Source: Eledone cirrhosa
Taxonomy: Eukaryota
Direction: 5' to 3'
NCBI GenBank assembly: GCA_964016885.1
Contig: OZ024744.1
Span: forward strand, 496,001 to 560,000
Length of the DNA: 64,000 bases
Made by a program: the position numbers and the translations under genes. Below the pieces are notes generated by a model. It was not told the origin of the DNA and ran no database searches. It saw only the letters and a program-made list of their open reading frames with translations. Numbering within the stretch: the stretch's first letter is position 1; each line of letters opens with the position of its first letter. This document shows, piece after piece, positions 26,430 to 39,579 of the stretch.

Positions 26430-29400
26430 CTTGGTGAAGAACGAGGTTTTGAGGGAAGACAAGGTAGAGAAAGATAGCTTGGTGAAGAACGAAGTTTTGG
26501 GGAAGACAAGGTAGAGAAAGATAGCTTGGTGAAGAACGAAGTTTTGGGGGAAGACAAGGTAGAGAAATATAGCTTGGTGAAGAACGAAGTTTTGAGGGAA
26601 GACAAGGTAGAGAAAGATAGCTTGGTGAAGAACGAAGTTTTGAGGGAAGTCAAGGTAGAGAAAGATAGCTTGGTGAAGAACGACGTTTTGAGGGAAGACA
26701 AGGTAGAGAAAGATAGCTTGGTGAAGAACGACGTTTTGGGGGAAGACAAGGTAGAGAAAGATAGCTTGGTGAAGAACAACGTTTTGGGGGAAGACAAGGT
26801 AGAGAAAGATAGCTTGGTGAAGAACGAAGTATTGAGGGAAGACTAGGTAGAGAATGATAGTTGGTGAAGAACGAAGTTTTGAGGGAAGACAAGGTAGAGA
26901 AAGATAGCTTGGTGAAGAACGACGTTTTGAGGGAAGACAAGGTAGAGAAAGATAGCTTGGTGAAGAACGACGTTTTGGGGGAAGAAAGGTAGAGAAAGAT
27001 AGCTTGGTGAAGAACAAAGTTTTGGGGGAAGACACGGTAGAGAAAGATAGCTTGGTGAAGAACGAAGTATTGAGGGAAGACTCGGTAGAGAAAGATAGCT
27101 TGGTGAAGAACGAAGTTTTGAGGGAAGACAAGGTAGAGAAAGATAGCTTGTGAAGAACGAGGTTTTGAGGGAAGACAAGGTAGAGAAAGATAGCTTGGTG
27201 AAGAACGACGTTTTGGGGGAAGAGAGGTAGAGAAAGATAGCTTGGTGAAGAACAAAGTTTTGGGGGAAGACAAGGTAGAGAAAGATAGCTTGGTGAAGAA
27301 CGAAGTATTGAGGGAAGACTCGGTAGAGAAAGATAGCTTGGTGAAGAACGAAGTTTTGAGGGAAGACAAGGTATAGAAAGATAGCTTGGAGAAGAACGAG
27401 GTTTTGAGGGAAGACAAGGTAGAGAAAGATAGCTTGGTGAAGAACGAAGTTTTGGGGGAAGACAAGGTAAAGAAAGATAGCTTGGTGAATAACGAAGTTT
27501 TGAGGGAAGACAAGGTAGAGAAAGATAGCTTGGTGAAGAACGAAGTTTTGAGGGAAGACAAGGTAGAGAAAGATAGCTTGGTGAAGAACGAAGTTTTGGG
27601 GGAAGACAAGGTAGAGAAAGATAGCTTGATGAAGAACGAAGTTTTGGGGGAAGACAAGGTAGAGAAAGATAGCTTGGTGAAGAACGAAGTTTTGGGGGAA
27701 GACAAGGTAGAGAAAGATAGCTTGGTGAAGAACGAAGTTTTGGGGGAAGACAAGGTAGAGAAATATAGCTTGGTGAAGAACGAAGTTTTGAGGGAAGACA
27801 AGATAGAGAAAGATAGCTTGGTGAAGAACGAAGTTTTGAGGGAAGTCAAGGTAGAGAAAGATAGCTTGGTGAAGAACGACGTTTTCAGGGAAGACAAGGT
27901 AGAGAAAGATAGCTTGGTGAAGAACGACGTTTTGGGGGAAGACAAGGTAGAGAAAGATAGCTTGGTGAAGAACAACGTTTTGGGGGAAGACAAGGTAGAG
28001 AAAGATAGCTTGGTGAAGAACGAAGTATTGAGGGAAGACTAGGTAGAGAAAGATAGCTTGATGAAGAACGAAGTGTTGGGGGAAGACAAGGTAGAGAAAG
28101 ATAGCTTGCTGAAGAACGAAGTTTTGAAGGACGACAAAGTAGAGAAAGATAGCTTGGTGAAGAACGAAGTTTTGGGGAAGACAAGGTAGAGAAAGATAGC
28201 TTGATGAAGAACGAAGTTTTGGGGGAAGACAAGGTTGAGAAAGATAGCTTGGTGAAGAACGAAGTTTTGATGGAAGACAAGGTAGAGAAAGATAGCTTGG
28301 TGAAGAACGAAGTTTTGGGGGAAGACAAGGTAGAGAAAGATAGCTTGGTGAAGAACGAAGTTTTGAGGGAAGACAAGGTAGAGAAAGATAGCTTGGTGAA
28401 GAACGACGTTTTGGGGGAAGACAAGGTAGAGAAAGATAGCTTGGTGAAGAACGACGTTTTGGGGGAAGAAAGGTAGAGAAAGATAGCTTGGTGAAGAACG
28501 ACGTTTTGAGGGAAGACAAGGTAGAGAAAGATAGCTTGGTGAAGAACGACGTTTTGGGGGAAGAAAGGTAGAGAAAGATAGCTTGGTGAAGAACAAAGTT
28601 TTGGGGGAAGACAAGGTAGAGAAAGATAGCTTGGTGAAGAACGAAGTATTGAGGGAAGACTCGGTAGAGAAAGATAGCTTGGTGAAGAACGAAGTTTTGA
28701 GGGAAGACAAGGTAGAGAAAGATAGCTTGTGAAGAACGAGGTTTTGAGGGAAGACAAGGTAGAGAAAGATAGCTTGGTGAAGAACGAAGTTTTGGGGGAA
28801 GACAAGGTAGAGAAAGATAGCTTGGTGAAGAACGAAGTTTTGAGGGAAGACAAGGTAGAGAAAGATAGCTTGGTGAAGAACGAAGTTTTGAGGGAAGTCA
28901 AGGTAGAGAAAGATAGCTTGGTGAAGAACGACGTTTTGAGGGAAGACAAGGTAGAGAAAGATAGCTTGGTGAAGAACGACGTTTTGGGGGAAGACAAGGT
29001 AGAGAAAGATAGCTTGGTGAAGAACAACGTTTTGGGGGAAGACAATGTAGAGAAAGATAGCTTGCTGAAGAACGAAGTTTTGAGGGACGACAAAGTAGAG
29101 AAAGATAGCTTGGTGAAGAACGAAGTTTTGGGGAAGACAAGGTAGAGAAAGATAGCTTGATGAAGAACGAAGTTTTGGGGGAAGACAAGGTAGAGAAAGA
29201 TAGCTTGGTGAAGAACGACGTTTTGGGGGAAGACAAGGTAGAGAAAGATAGCTTGGTGAAGAACAACGTTTTGGGGGAAGACAAGGTAGAGAAAGATAGC
29301 TTGGTGAAGAACGAAGTATTGAGGGAAGACTAGGTAGAGAATGATAGTTGGTGAAGAACGAAGTTTTGAGGGAAGACAAGGTAGAGAAAGATAGCTTGGT

Positions 29401-32270
29401 GAAGAACGAGGTTTTGAGGGAAGACAAGGTAGAGAAAGATAGCTTGGTGAAGAACGAAGTTTTGGGGAAGACAAGGTAGAGAAAGATAGCTTGGTGAAGA
29501 ACGAAGTTTTGGGGGAAGACAAGGTAGAGAAATATAGCTTGGTGAAGAACGAAGTTTTGAGGGAAGACAAGGTAGAGAAAGATAGCTTGGTGAAGAACGA
29601 AGTTTTGAGGGAAGTCAAGGTAGAGAAAGATAGCTTGGTGAAGAACGACGTTTTGAGGGAAGACAAGGTAGAGAAAGATAGCTTGGTGAAGAACGACGTT
29701 TTGGGGGAAGACAAGGTAGAGAAAGATAGCTTGGTGAAGAACAACGTTTTGGGGGAAGACAAGGTAGAGAAAGATAGCTTGGTGAAGAACGAAGTATTGA
29801 GGGAAGACTAGGTAGAGAATGATAGTTGGTGAAGAACGAAGTTTTGAGGGAAGACAAGGTAGAGAAAGATAGCTTGGTGAAGAACGACGTTTTGAGGGAA
29901 GACAAGGTAGAGAAAGATAGCTTGGTGAAGAACGACGTTTTGGGGGAAGAAAGGTAGAGAAAGATAGCTTGGTGAAGAACAACGTTTTGGGGGAAGACAA
30001 GGTAGAGAAAGATAGCTTGGTGAAGAACGAAGTATTGAGGGAAGACTCGGTAGAGAAAGATAGCTTGGTGAAGAACGAAGTTTTGAGGGAAGACAAGGTA
30101 GAGAAAGATAGCTTGTGAAGAACGGGGTTTTGAGGGAAGACAAGGTAGAGAAAGATAGCTTGGTGAAGAACGACGTTTTGGGGGAAGAGAGGTAGAGAAA
30201 GATAGCTTGGTGAAGAACAAAGTTTTGGGGGAAGACAAGGTAGAGAAAGATAGCTTGGTGAAGAACGAAGTATTGAGGGAAGACTCGGTAGAGAAAGATA
30301 GCTTGGTGAAGAACGAAGTTTTGAGGGAAGACAAGGTAGAGAAAGATAGCTTGGTGAAGAACGAGGTTTTGAGGGAAGACAAGGTAGAGAAAGATAGCTT
30401 GGTGAAGAACGAAGTTTTGGGGGAAGACAAGGTAAAGAAAGATAGCTTGGTGAATAACGAAGTTTTGAGGGAAGACAAGGTAGAGAAAGATAGCTTGGTG
30501 AAGAACGAAGTTTTGAGGGAAGACAAGGTAGAGAAAGATAGCTTGGTGAAGAACGAAGTTTTGGGGGAAGACAAGGTAGAGAAAGATAGCTTGATGAAGA
30601 ACGAAGTTTTGGGGGAAGACAAGGTAGAGAAAGATAGCTTGGTGAAGAACGAAGTTTTGGGGGAAGACAAGGTAGAGAAAGATAGCTTGGTGAAGAACGA
30701 AGTTTTGGGGGAAGACAAGGTAGAGAAATATAGCTTGGTGAAGAACGAAGTTTTGAGGGAAGACAAGATAGAGAAAGATAGCTTGGTGAAGAACGAAGTT
30801 TTGAGGGAAGTCAAGGTAGAGAAAGATAGCTTGGTGAAGAACGACGTTTTCAGGGAAGACAAGGTAGAGAAAGATAGCTTGGTGAAGAACGACGTTTTGG
30901 GGGAAGACAAGGTAGAGAAAGATAGCTTGGTGAAGAACAACGTTTTGGGGGAAGACAAGGTAGAGAAAGATAGCTTGGTGAAGAACGAAGTATTGAGGGA
31001 AGACTAGGTAGAGAAAGATAGCTTGATGAAGAACGAAGTGTTGGGGGAAGACAAGGTAGAGAAAGATAGCTTGCTGAAGAACGAAGTTTTGAAGGACGAC
31101 AAAGTAGAGAAAGATAGCTTGGTGAAGAACGAAGTTTTGGGGAAGACAAGGTAGAGAAAGATAGCTTGATGAAGAACGAAGTTTTGGGGGAAGACAAGGT
31201 TGAGAAAGATAGCTTGGTGAAGAACGAAGTTTTGATGGAAGACAAGGTAGAGAAAGATAGCTTGGTGAAGAACGAAGTTTTGGGGGAAGACAAGGTAGAG
31301 AAAGATAGCTTGGTGAAGAACGAAGTTTTGAGGGAAGACAAGGTAGAGAAAGATAGCTTGGTGAAGAACGACGTTTTGGGGGAAGACAAGGTAGAGAAAG
31401 ATAGCTTGGTGAAGAACGACGTTTTGGGGGAAGAAAGGTAGAGAAAGATAGCTTGGTGAAGAACGACGTTTTGAGGGAAGACAAGGTAGAGAAAGATAGC
31501 TTGGTGAAGAACGAAGTATTGAGGGAAGACTCGGTAGAGAAAGATAGCTTGGTGAAGAACGAAGTTTTGAGGGAAGACAAGGTAGAGAAAGATAGCTTGT
31601 GAAGAACGAGGTTTTGAGGGAAGACAAGGTAGAGAAAGATAGCTTGGTGAAGAACGAAGTTTTGGGGGAAGACAAGGTAGAGAAAGATAGCTTGGTGAAG
31701 AACGAAGTTTTGAGGGAAGACAAGGTAGAGAAAGATAGCTTGGTGAAGAACGAAGTTTTGAGGGAAGTCAAGGTAGAGAAAGATAGCTTGGTGAAGAACG
31801 ACGTTTTGAGGGAAGACAAGGTAGAGAAAGATAGCTTGGTGAAGAACGACGTTTTGGGGGAAGACAAGGTAGAGAAAGATAGCTTGGTGAAGAACAACGT
31901 TTTGGGGGAAGACAATGTAGAGAAAGATAGCTTGCTGAAGAACGAAGTTTTGAGGGACGACAAAGTAGAGAAAGATAGCTTGGTGAAGAACGAAGTTTTG
32001 GGGAAGACAAGGTAGAGAAAGATAGCTTGATGAAGAACGAAGTTTTGGGGGAAGACAAGGTAGAGAAAGATAGCTTGGTGAAGAACGACGTTTTGGGGGA
32101 AGACAAGGTAGAGAAAGATAGCTTGGTGAAGAACAACGTTTTGGGGGAAGACAAGGTAGAGAAAGATAGCTTGGTGAAGAACGAAGTATTGAGGGAAGAC
32201 TAGGTAGAGAATGATAGTTGGTGAAGAACGAAGTTTTGAGGGAAGACAAGGTAGAGAAAGATAGCTTGGT
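26430..32270. repeat. Higher-order duplication, offset 2965 bp (62 monomers -11), becoming 2870 bp after a 2-monomer deletion near 31.5 kb
   Basis: ORFs 26526/29491, 26650/29615 and 28201/31166 are offset 2965; 28729/31599 and 28898/31768 are offset 2870. Shared AAGGTTGAG and TTTTCAGGG variants. Confidence 0.8.
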
Positions 32271-33359
32271 GAAGAACGACGTTTTGAGGGAAGACAAGGT
32301 AGAGAAAGATAGCTTGGTGAAGAACGACGTTTTGGGGGAAGAAAGGTAGAGAAAGATAGCTTGGTGAAGAACAAAGTTTTGGGGGAAGACAAGGTAGAGA
32401 AAGATAGCTTGGTGAAGAACAAAGTATTGAGGGAAGACTCGGTAGAGAAAGATAGCTTGGTGAAGAACGAAGTTTTGAGGGAAGACAAGGTAGAGAAAGA
32501 TAGCTTGTGAAGAACGAGGTTTTGAGGGAAGACAAGGTAGAGAAAGATAGCTTGGTGAAGAACGACGTTTTGGGGGAAGAGAGGTAGAGAAAGATAGCTT
32601 GGTGAAGAACAAAGTTTTGGGGGAAGACAAGGTAGAGAAAGATAGCTTGGTGAAGAACGAAGTATTGAGGGAAAACTCGGTAGAGAAAGATAGCTTGGTG
32701 AAGAACGAAGTTTTGAGGGAAGACAAGGTAGAGAAAGATAGCTTGGTGAAGAACGACGTTTTGGGGGAAGAAAGGTAGAGAAAGATAGCTTGGTGAAGAA
32801 CGAAGTTTTGAGGGAAGTCAAGGTAGAGAAAGATAGCTTGGTGAAGAACGACGTTTTGAGGGAAGACAAGGTAGAGAAAGATAGCTTGGTGAAGAACGAC
32901 GTTTTGGGGGAAGACAAGGTAGAGAAAGATAGCTTGGTGAAGAACAACGTTTTGGGGGAAGACAAGGTAGAGAAAGATAGCTTGGTGAAGAACGAAGTAT
33001 TGAGGGAAGACTAGGTAGAGAATGATAGTTGGTGAAGAACGAAGTTTTGAGGGAAGACAAGGTAGAGAAGGATAGCTTGGTGAAGAACGACGTTTTGAGG
33101 GAAGACAAGGTAGAGAAAGATAGCTTGGTGAAGAACGACGTTTTGGGGGAAGAAAGGTAGAGAAAGATAGCTTGGTGAAGAACAAAGTTTTGGGGGAAGA
33201 CAAGGTAGAGAAAGATAGCTTGGTGAAGAACGAAGTATTGAGGGAAGACTCGGTAGAGAAAGATAGCTTGGTGAAGAACGAAGTTTTGAGGGAAGACAAG
33301 GTAGAGAAAGATAGCTTGTGAAGAACGAGGTTTTGAGGGAAGACAAGGTAGAGAAAGAT

Positions 33360-36300
33360 AGCTTGGTGAAGAACGAAGTTTTGGGGGAAGACAAGGTAGA
33401 GAAAGATAGCTTGGTGAAGAACGAAGTTTTGAGGGAAGACAAGGTAGAGAAAGATAGCTTGGTGAAGAACGAAGTTTTGAGGGAAGTCAAGGTAGAGAAA
33501 GATAGCTTGGTGAAGAACGACGTTTTGAGGGAAGACAAGGTAGAGAAAGATAGCTTGGTGAAGAACGACGTTTTGGGGGAAGACAAGGTAGAGAAAGATA
33601 GCTTGGTGAAGAACAACGTTTTGGGGGAAGACAATGTAGAGAAAGATAGCTTGCTGAAGAACGAAGTTTTGAGGGACGACAAAGTAGAGAAAGATAGCTT
33701 GGTGAAGAACGAAGTTTTGGGGAAGACAAGGTAGAGAAAGATAGCTTGATGAAGAACGAAGTTTTGGGGGAAGACAAGGTAGAGAAAGATAGCTTGGTGA
33801 AGAACGAAGTTTTGAGGGAAGACAAGGTAGAGAAAGATAGCTTGGTGAAGAACGAAGTTTTGGGGGAAGTCAAGGTAGAGAAAGATAGCTTGGTGAAGAA
33901 CGAAGTTTTGGGGGAAGACAAGGTAGAGAAATATAGCTTGGTGAAGAACGAAGTTTTGAGGGAAGACAAGATAGAGAAAGATAGCTTGGTGAAGAACGAA
34001 GTTTTGAGGGTAGTCAAGGTAGAGAAAGATAGCTTGGTGAAGAACGACGTTTTGAGGGAAGACAAGGTAGAGAAAGATAGCTTAGTGAAGAACGACGTTT
34101 TGGGGGAAGACAAGGTAGAGAAAGATAGCTTGGTGAAGAACAACGTTTTGGGGGAAGACAAGGTAGAGAAAGATAGCTTGGTGAAGAACGAAGTATTGAG
34201 GGAAGACTAGGTAGAGAAAGATAGCTTGATGAAGAACGAAGTGTTGGGGGAAGACAAGGTAGAGAAAGATAGCTTGCTGAAGAACGAAGTTTTGAGGGAC
34301 GACAAAGTAGAGAAAGATAGCTTGGTGAAGAACGAGGTTTTGGGGAAGACAAGGTAGAGAAAGATAGCTTGATGAAGAACGAAGTTTTGGGGGAAGACAA
34401 GGTAGAGAAAGATAGCTTGGTGAAGAACGAAGTTTTGAGGGAAGACAAGGTAGAGAAAGATAGCTTGGTGAAGAACGAAGTTTTGGGGGAAGACAAGGTA
34501 GAGAAAGATAGCTTGGTGAAGAACGAAGTTTTGAGGGAAGACAAGGTAGAGAAAGATAGCTTGATGAAGAACGAAGTTTTGGGGGAAGACAAGGTAGAGA
34601 AAGATAGCTTGGTGAAGAACGAAGTTTTGATGGAAGACAAGGTAGAGAAAGATAGCTTGGTGAAGAACGAAGTTTTGGGGGAAGACAAGGTAGAGAAAGA
34701 TAGCTTGGTGAAGAACGAAGTTTTGAGGGAAGACAAGGTAGAGAAAGATAGCTTGGTGAAGAACGACGTTTTGGGGGAAGAAAGGTAGAGAAAGATAGCT
34801 TGGTGAAGAACAAAGTTTTGGGGGAAGACAAGGTAGAGAAAGATAGCTTGGTGAAGAACGAAGTATTGAGGGAAGACTCGGTAGAGAAAGATAGCTTGGT
34901 GAAGAACGAAGTTTTGAGGGAAGACAAGGTAGAGAAAGATAGCTTGGTGAAGAACGAGGTTTTGAGGGAAGACAAGGTAGAGAAAGATAGCTTGGTGAAG
35001 AACGAAGTTTTGGGGAAGACAAGGTAGAGAAAGATAGCTTGGTGAAGAACGAAGTTTGGGGGGAAGACAAGGTAGAGAAATATAGCTTGGTGAAGAACGA
35101 AGTTTTGAGGGAAGACAAGGTAGAGAAAGATAGCTTGGTGAAGAACGAAGTTTTGAGGGAAGTCAAGGTAGAGAAAGATAGCTTGGTGAAGAACGACGTT
35201 TTGAGGGAAGACAAGGTAGAGAAAGATAGCTTGGTGAAGAACGACGTTTTGGGGGAAGACAAGGTAGAGAAAGATAGCTTGGTGAAGAACAACGTTTTGG
35301 GGGAAGACAAGGTAGAGAAAGATAGCTTGGTGAAGAACGAAGTATTGAGGGAAGACTAGGTAGAGAATGATAGTTGGTGAAGAACGAAGTTTTGAGGGAA
35401 GACAAGGTAGAGAAAGATAGCTTGGTGAAGAACGACGTTTTGAGGGAAGACAAGGTAGAGAAAGATAGCTTGGTGAAGAACGACGTTTTGGGGGAAGACA
35501 AGGTAGAGAAAGATAGCTTGGTGAAGAACAAAGTTTTGGGGGAAGACAAGGTAGAGAAAGATAGCTTGGTGAAGAACGAAGTATTGAGGGAAGACTCGGT
35601 AGAGAAAGATAGCTTGGTGAAGAACGAAGTTTTGAGGGAAGACAAGGTAGAGAAAGATAGCTTGTGAAGAACGAGGTTTTGAGGGAAGACAAGGTAGAGA
35701 AAGATAGCTTGGTGAAGAACGACGTTTTGGGGGAAGAGAGGTAGAGAAAGATAGCTTGGTGAAGAACAAAGTTTTGGGGGAAGACAAGGTAGAGAAAGAT
35801 AGCTTGGTGAAGAACGAAGTATTGAGGGAAGACTCGGTAGAGAAAGATAGCTTGGTGAAGAACGAAGTTTTGAGGGAAGACAAGGTAGAGAAAGATAGCT
35901 TGGTGAAGAACGAGGTTTTGAGGGAAGACAAGGTAGAGAAAGATAGCTTGGTGAAGAACGAAGTTTTGGGGGAAGACAAGGTAAAGAAAGATAGCTTGGT
36001 GAATAACGAAGTTTTGAGGGAAGACAAGGTAGAGAAAGATAGCTTGGTGAAGAACGAAGTTTTGAGGGAAGACAAGGTAGAGAAAGATAGCTTGGTGAAG
36101 AACGAAGTTTTGGGGGAAGACAAGGTAGAGAAAGATAGCTTGATGAAGAACGAAGTTTTGGGGGAAGACAAGGTAGAGAAAGATAGCTTGGTGAAGAACG
36201 AAGTTTTGGGGGAAGACAAGGTAGAGAAAGATAGCTTGGTGAAGAACGAAGTTTTCGGGGAAGACAAGGTAGAGAAATATAGCTTGGTGAAGAACGAAGT

Positions 36301-39230
36301 TTTGAGGGAAGACAAGATAGAGAAAGATAGCTTGGTGAAGAACGAAGTTTTGAGGGAAGTCAAGGTAGAGAAAGATAGCTTGGTGAAGAACGACGTTTTG
36401 AGGGAAGACAAGGTAGAGAAAGATAGCTTGGTGAAGAACGACGTTTTGGGGGAAGACAAGGTAGAGAACGATAGCTTGGTGAAGAACAACGTTTTGGGGG
36501 AAGACAAGGTAGAGAAAGATAGCTTGGTGAAGAACGAAGTATTGAGGGAAGACTAGGTAGAGAAAGATAGCTTGATGAAGAACGAAGTGTTGGGGGAAGA
36601 CAAGGTAGAGAAAGATAGCTTGCTGAAGAACGAAGTTTGAAGGACGACAAAGTAGAGAAAGATAGCTTGGTGAAGAACGAAGTTTTGGGGAAGACAAGGT
36701 AGAGAAAGATAGCTTGATGAAGAACGAAGTTTTGGGGGAAGACAAGGTTGAGAAAGATAGCTTGGTGAAGAACGAAGTTTTGATGGAAGACAAGGTAGAG
36801 AAAGATAGCTTGGTGAAGAACGAAGTTTTGGGGGAAGACAAGGTAGAGAAAGATAGCTTGGTGAAGAACGAAGTTTTGAGGGAAGACAAGGTAGAGAAAG
36901 ATAGCTTGGTGAAGAACGACGTTTTGGGGGAAGAAAGGTAGAGAAAGATAGCTTGGTGAAGAACAAAGTTTTGGGGGAAGACAAGGTAGAGAAAGATAGC
37001 TTGGTGAAGAACGAAGTATTGAGGGAAGACTCGGTAGAGAAAGATAGCTTGGTGAAGAACGAAGTTTTGAGGGAAGACAAGGTAGAGAAAGATAGCTTGG
37101 TGAAGAACGAAGTTTTGGGGGAAGACAAGGTAGAGAAAGATAGCTTGGTGAAGAACGAAGTTTTGAGGGAAGACAAGGTAGAGAAAGATAGCTTGGTGAA
37201 GAACGAAGTTTTGAGGGAAGTCAAGGTAGAGAAAGATAGCTTGGTGAAGAACGACGTTTTGAGGGAAGACAAGGTAGAGAAAGATAGCTTGGTGAAGAAC
37301 GACGTTTTGGGGGAAGACAAGGTAGAGAAAGATAGCTTGGTGAAGAACAACGTTTTGGGGGAAGACAATGTAGAGAAAGATAGCTTGCTGAAGAACGAAG
37401 TTTTGAGGGACGACAAAGTAGAGAAAGATAGCTTGGTGAAGAACGAAGATTTGGGGAAGACAAGGTAGAGAAAGATAGCTTGATGAAGAACGAAGTTTTG
37501 GGGGAAGACAAGGTAGAGAAAGATAGCTTGGTGAAGAACGAAGTTTTGAGGGAAGACAAGGTAGAGAAAGATAGCTTGGTGAAGAACGAAGTTTTGGGGG
37601 AAGTCAAGGTAGAGAAAGATAGCTTGGTGAAGAACGAAGTTTTGGGGGAAGACAAGGTAGAGAAATATAGCTTGGTGAAGAACGAAGTTTTGAGGGAAGA
37701 CAAGATAGAGAAAGATAGCTTGGTGAAGAACGAAGTTTTGAGGGAAGTCAAGGTAGAGAAAGATAGCTTGGTGAAGAACGACGTTTTGAGGGAAGACAAG
37801 GTAGAGAAAGATAGCTTAGTGAAGAACGACGTTTTGGGGGAAGACAAGGTAGAGAAAGATAGCTTGGTGAAGAACAACGTTTTGGGGGAAGACAAGGTAG
37901 AGAAAGATAGCTTGGTGAAGAACGAAGTATTGAGGGAAGACTAGGTAGAGAAAGATAGCTTGATGAAGAACGAAGTGTTGGGGGAAGACAAGGTAGAGAA
38001 AGATAGATTGCTGAAGAACGAAGTTTTGAGGGACGACAAAGTAGAGAAAGATAGCTTGGTGAAGAACGAGGTTTTGGGGAAGACAAGGTAGAGAAAGATA
38101 GCTTGATGAAGAACGAAGTTTTGGGGGAAGACAAGGTAGAGAAAGATAGCTTGGTGAAGAACGAAGTTTTGAGGGAAGACAAGGTAGAGAAAGATAGCTT
38201 GGTGAAGAACGAAGTTTTGGGGGAAGACAAGGTAGAGAAAGATAGCTTGGTGAAGAACGAAGTTTTGAGGGAAGACAAGGTAGAGAAAGATAGCTTGATG
38301 AAGAACGAAGTTTTGGGGGAAGACAAGGTAGAGAAAGATAGCTTGGTGAAGAACGAAGTTTTGATGGAAGACAAGGTAGAGAAAGATAGCTTGGTGAAGA
38401 ACGAAGTTTTGGGGGAAGACAAGGTAGAGAAAGATAGCTTGGTGAAGAACGAAGTTTTGAGGGAAGACAAGGTAGAGAAAGATAGCTTGGTGAAGAACGA
38501 CGTTTTGGGGGAAGAAAGGTAGAGAAAGATAGCTTGGTGAAGAACAAAGTTTTGGGGGAAGACAAGGTAGAGAAAGATAGCTTGGTGAAGAACGAAGTAT
38601 TGAGGGAAGACTCGGTAGAGAAAGATAGCTTGGTGAAGAACGAAGTTTTGAGGGAAGACAAGGTAGAGAAAGATAGCTTGGTGAAGAACGAGGTTTTGAG
38701 GGAAGACAAGGTAGAGAAAGATAGCTTGGTGAAGAACGAAGTTTTGGGGAAGACAAGGTAGAGAAAGATAGCTTGGTGAAGAACGAAGTTTTGGGGGAAG
38801 ACAAGGTAGAGAAATATAGCTTGGTGAAGAACGAAGTTTTGAGGGAAGACAAGGTAGAGAAAGATAGCTTGGTGAAGAACGAAGTTTTGAGGGAAGTCAA
38901 GGTAGAGAAAGATAGCTTGGTGAAGAACGACGTTTTGAGGGAAGACAAGGTAGAGAAAGATAGCTTGGTGAAGAACGACGTTTTGGGGGAAGACAAGGTA
39001 GAGAAAGATAGCTTGGTGAAGAACAACGTTTTGGGGGAAGACAAGGTAGAGAAAGATAGCTTGGTGAAGAACGAAGTATTGAGGGAAGACTAGGTAGAGA
39101 ATGATAGTTGGTGAAGAACGAAGTTTTGAGGGAAGACAAGGTAGAGAAAGATAGCTTGGTGAAGAACGACGTTTTGAGGGAAGACAAGGTAGAGAAAGAT
39201 AGCTTGGTGAAGAACGACGTTTTGGGGGAA
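33360..39230. repeat. Higher-order duplication, offset 3734 bp (78 monomers -10): ~33.4-35.5 kb repeated at ~37.1-39.2 kb
   Basis: ORFs 33746/37480, 34369/38103, 34800/38534 and 35039/38773 are all offset 3734, with a few SNP differences. Confidence 0.8.
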
Positions 39231-39579
39231 GAAAGGTAGAGAAAGATAGCTTGGTGAAGAACAAAGTTTTGGGGGAAGACAAGGTAGAGAAAGATAGCTT
39301 GGTGAAGAACGAAGTATTGAGGGAAGACTCGGTAGAGAAAGATAGCTTGGTGAAGAACGAAGTTTTGAGGGAAGACAAGGTAGAGAAAGATAGCTTGTGA
39401 AGAACGAGGTTTTGAGGGAAGACAAGGTAGAGAAAGATAGCTTGGTGAAGAACGACGTTTTGGGGGAAGAGAGGTAGAGAAAGATAGCTTGGTGAAGAAC
39501 AAAGTTTTGGGGGAAGACAAGGTAGAGAAAGATAGCTTGGTGAAGAACGAAGTATTGAGGGAAGACTCGGTAGAGAAAG

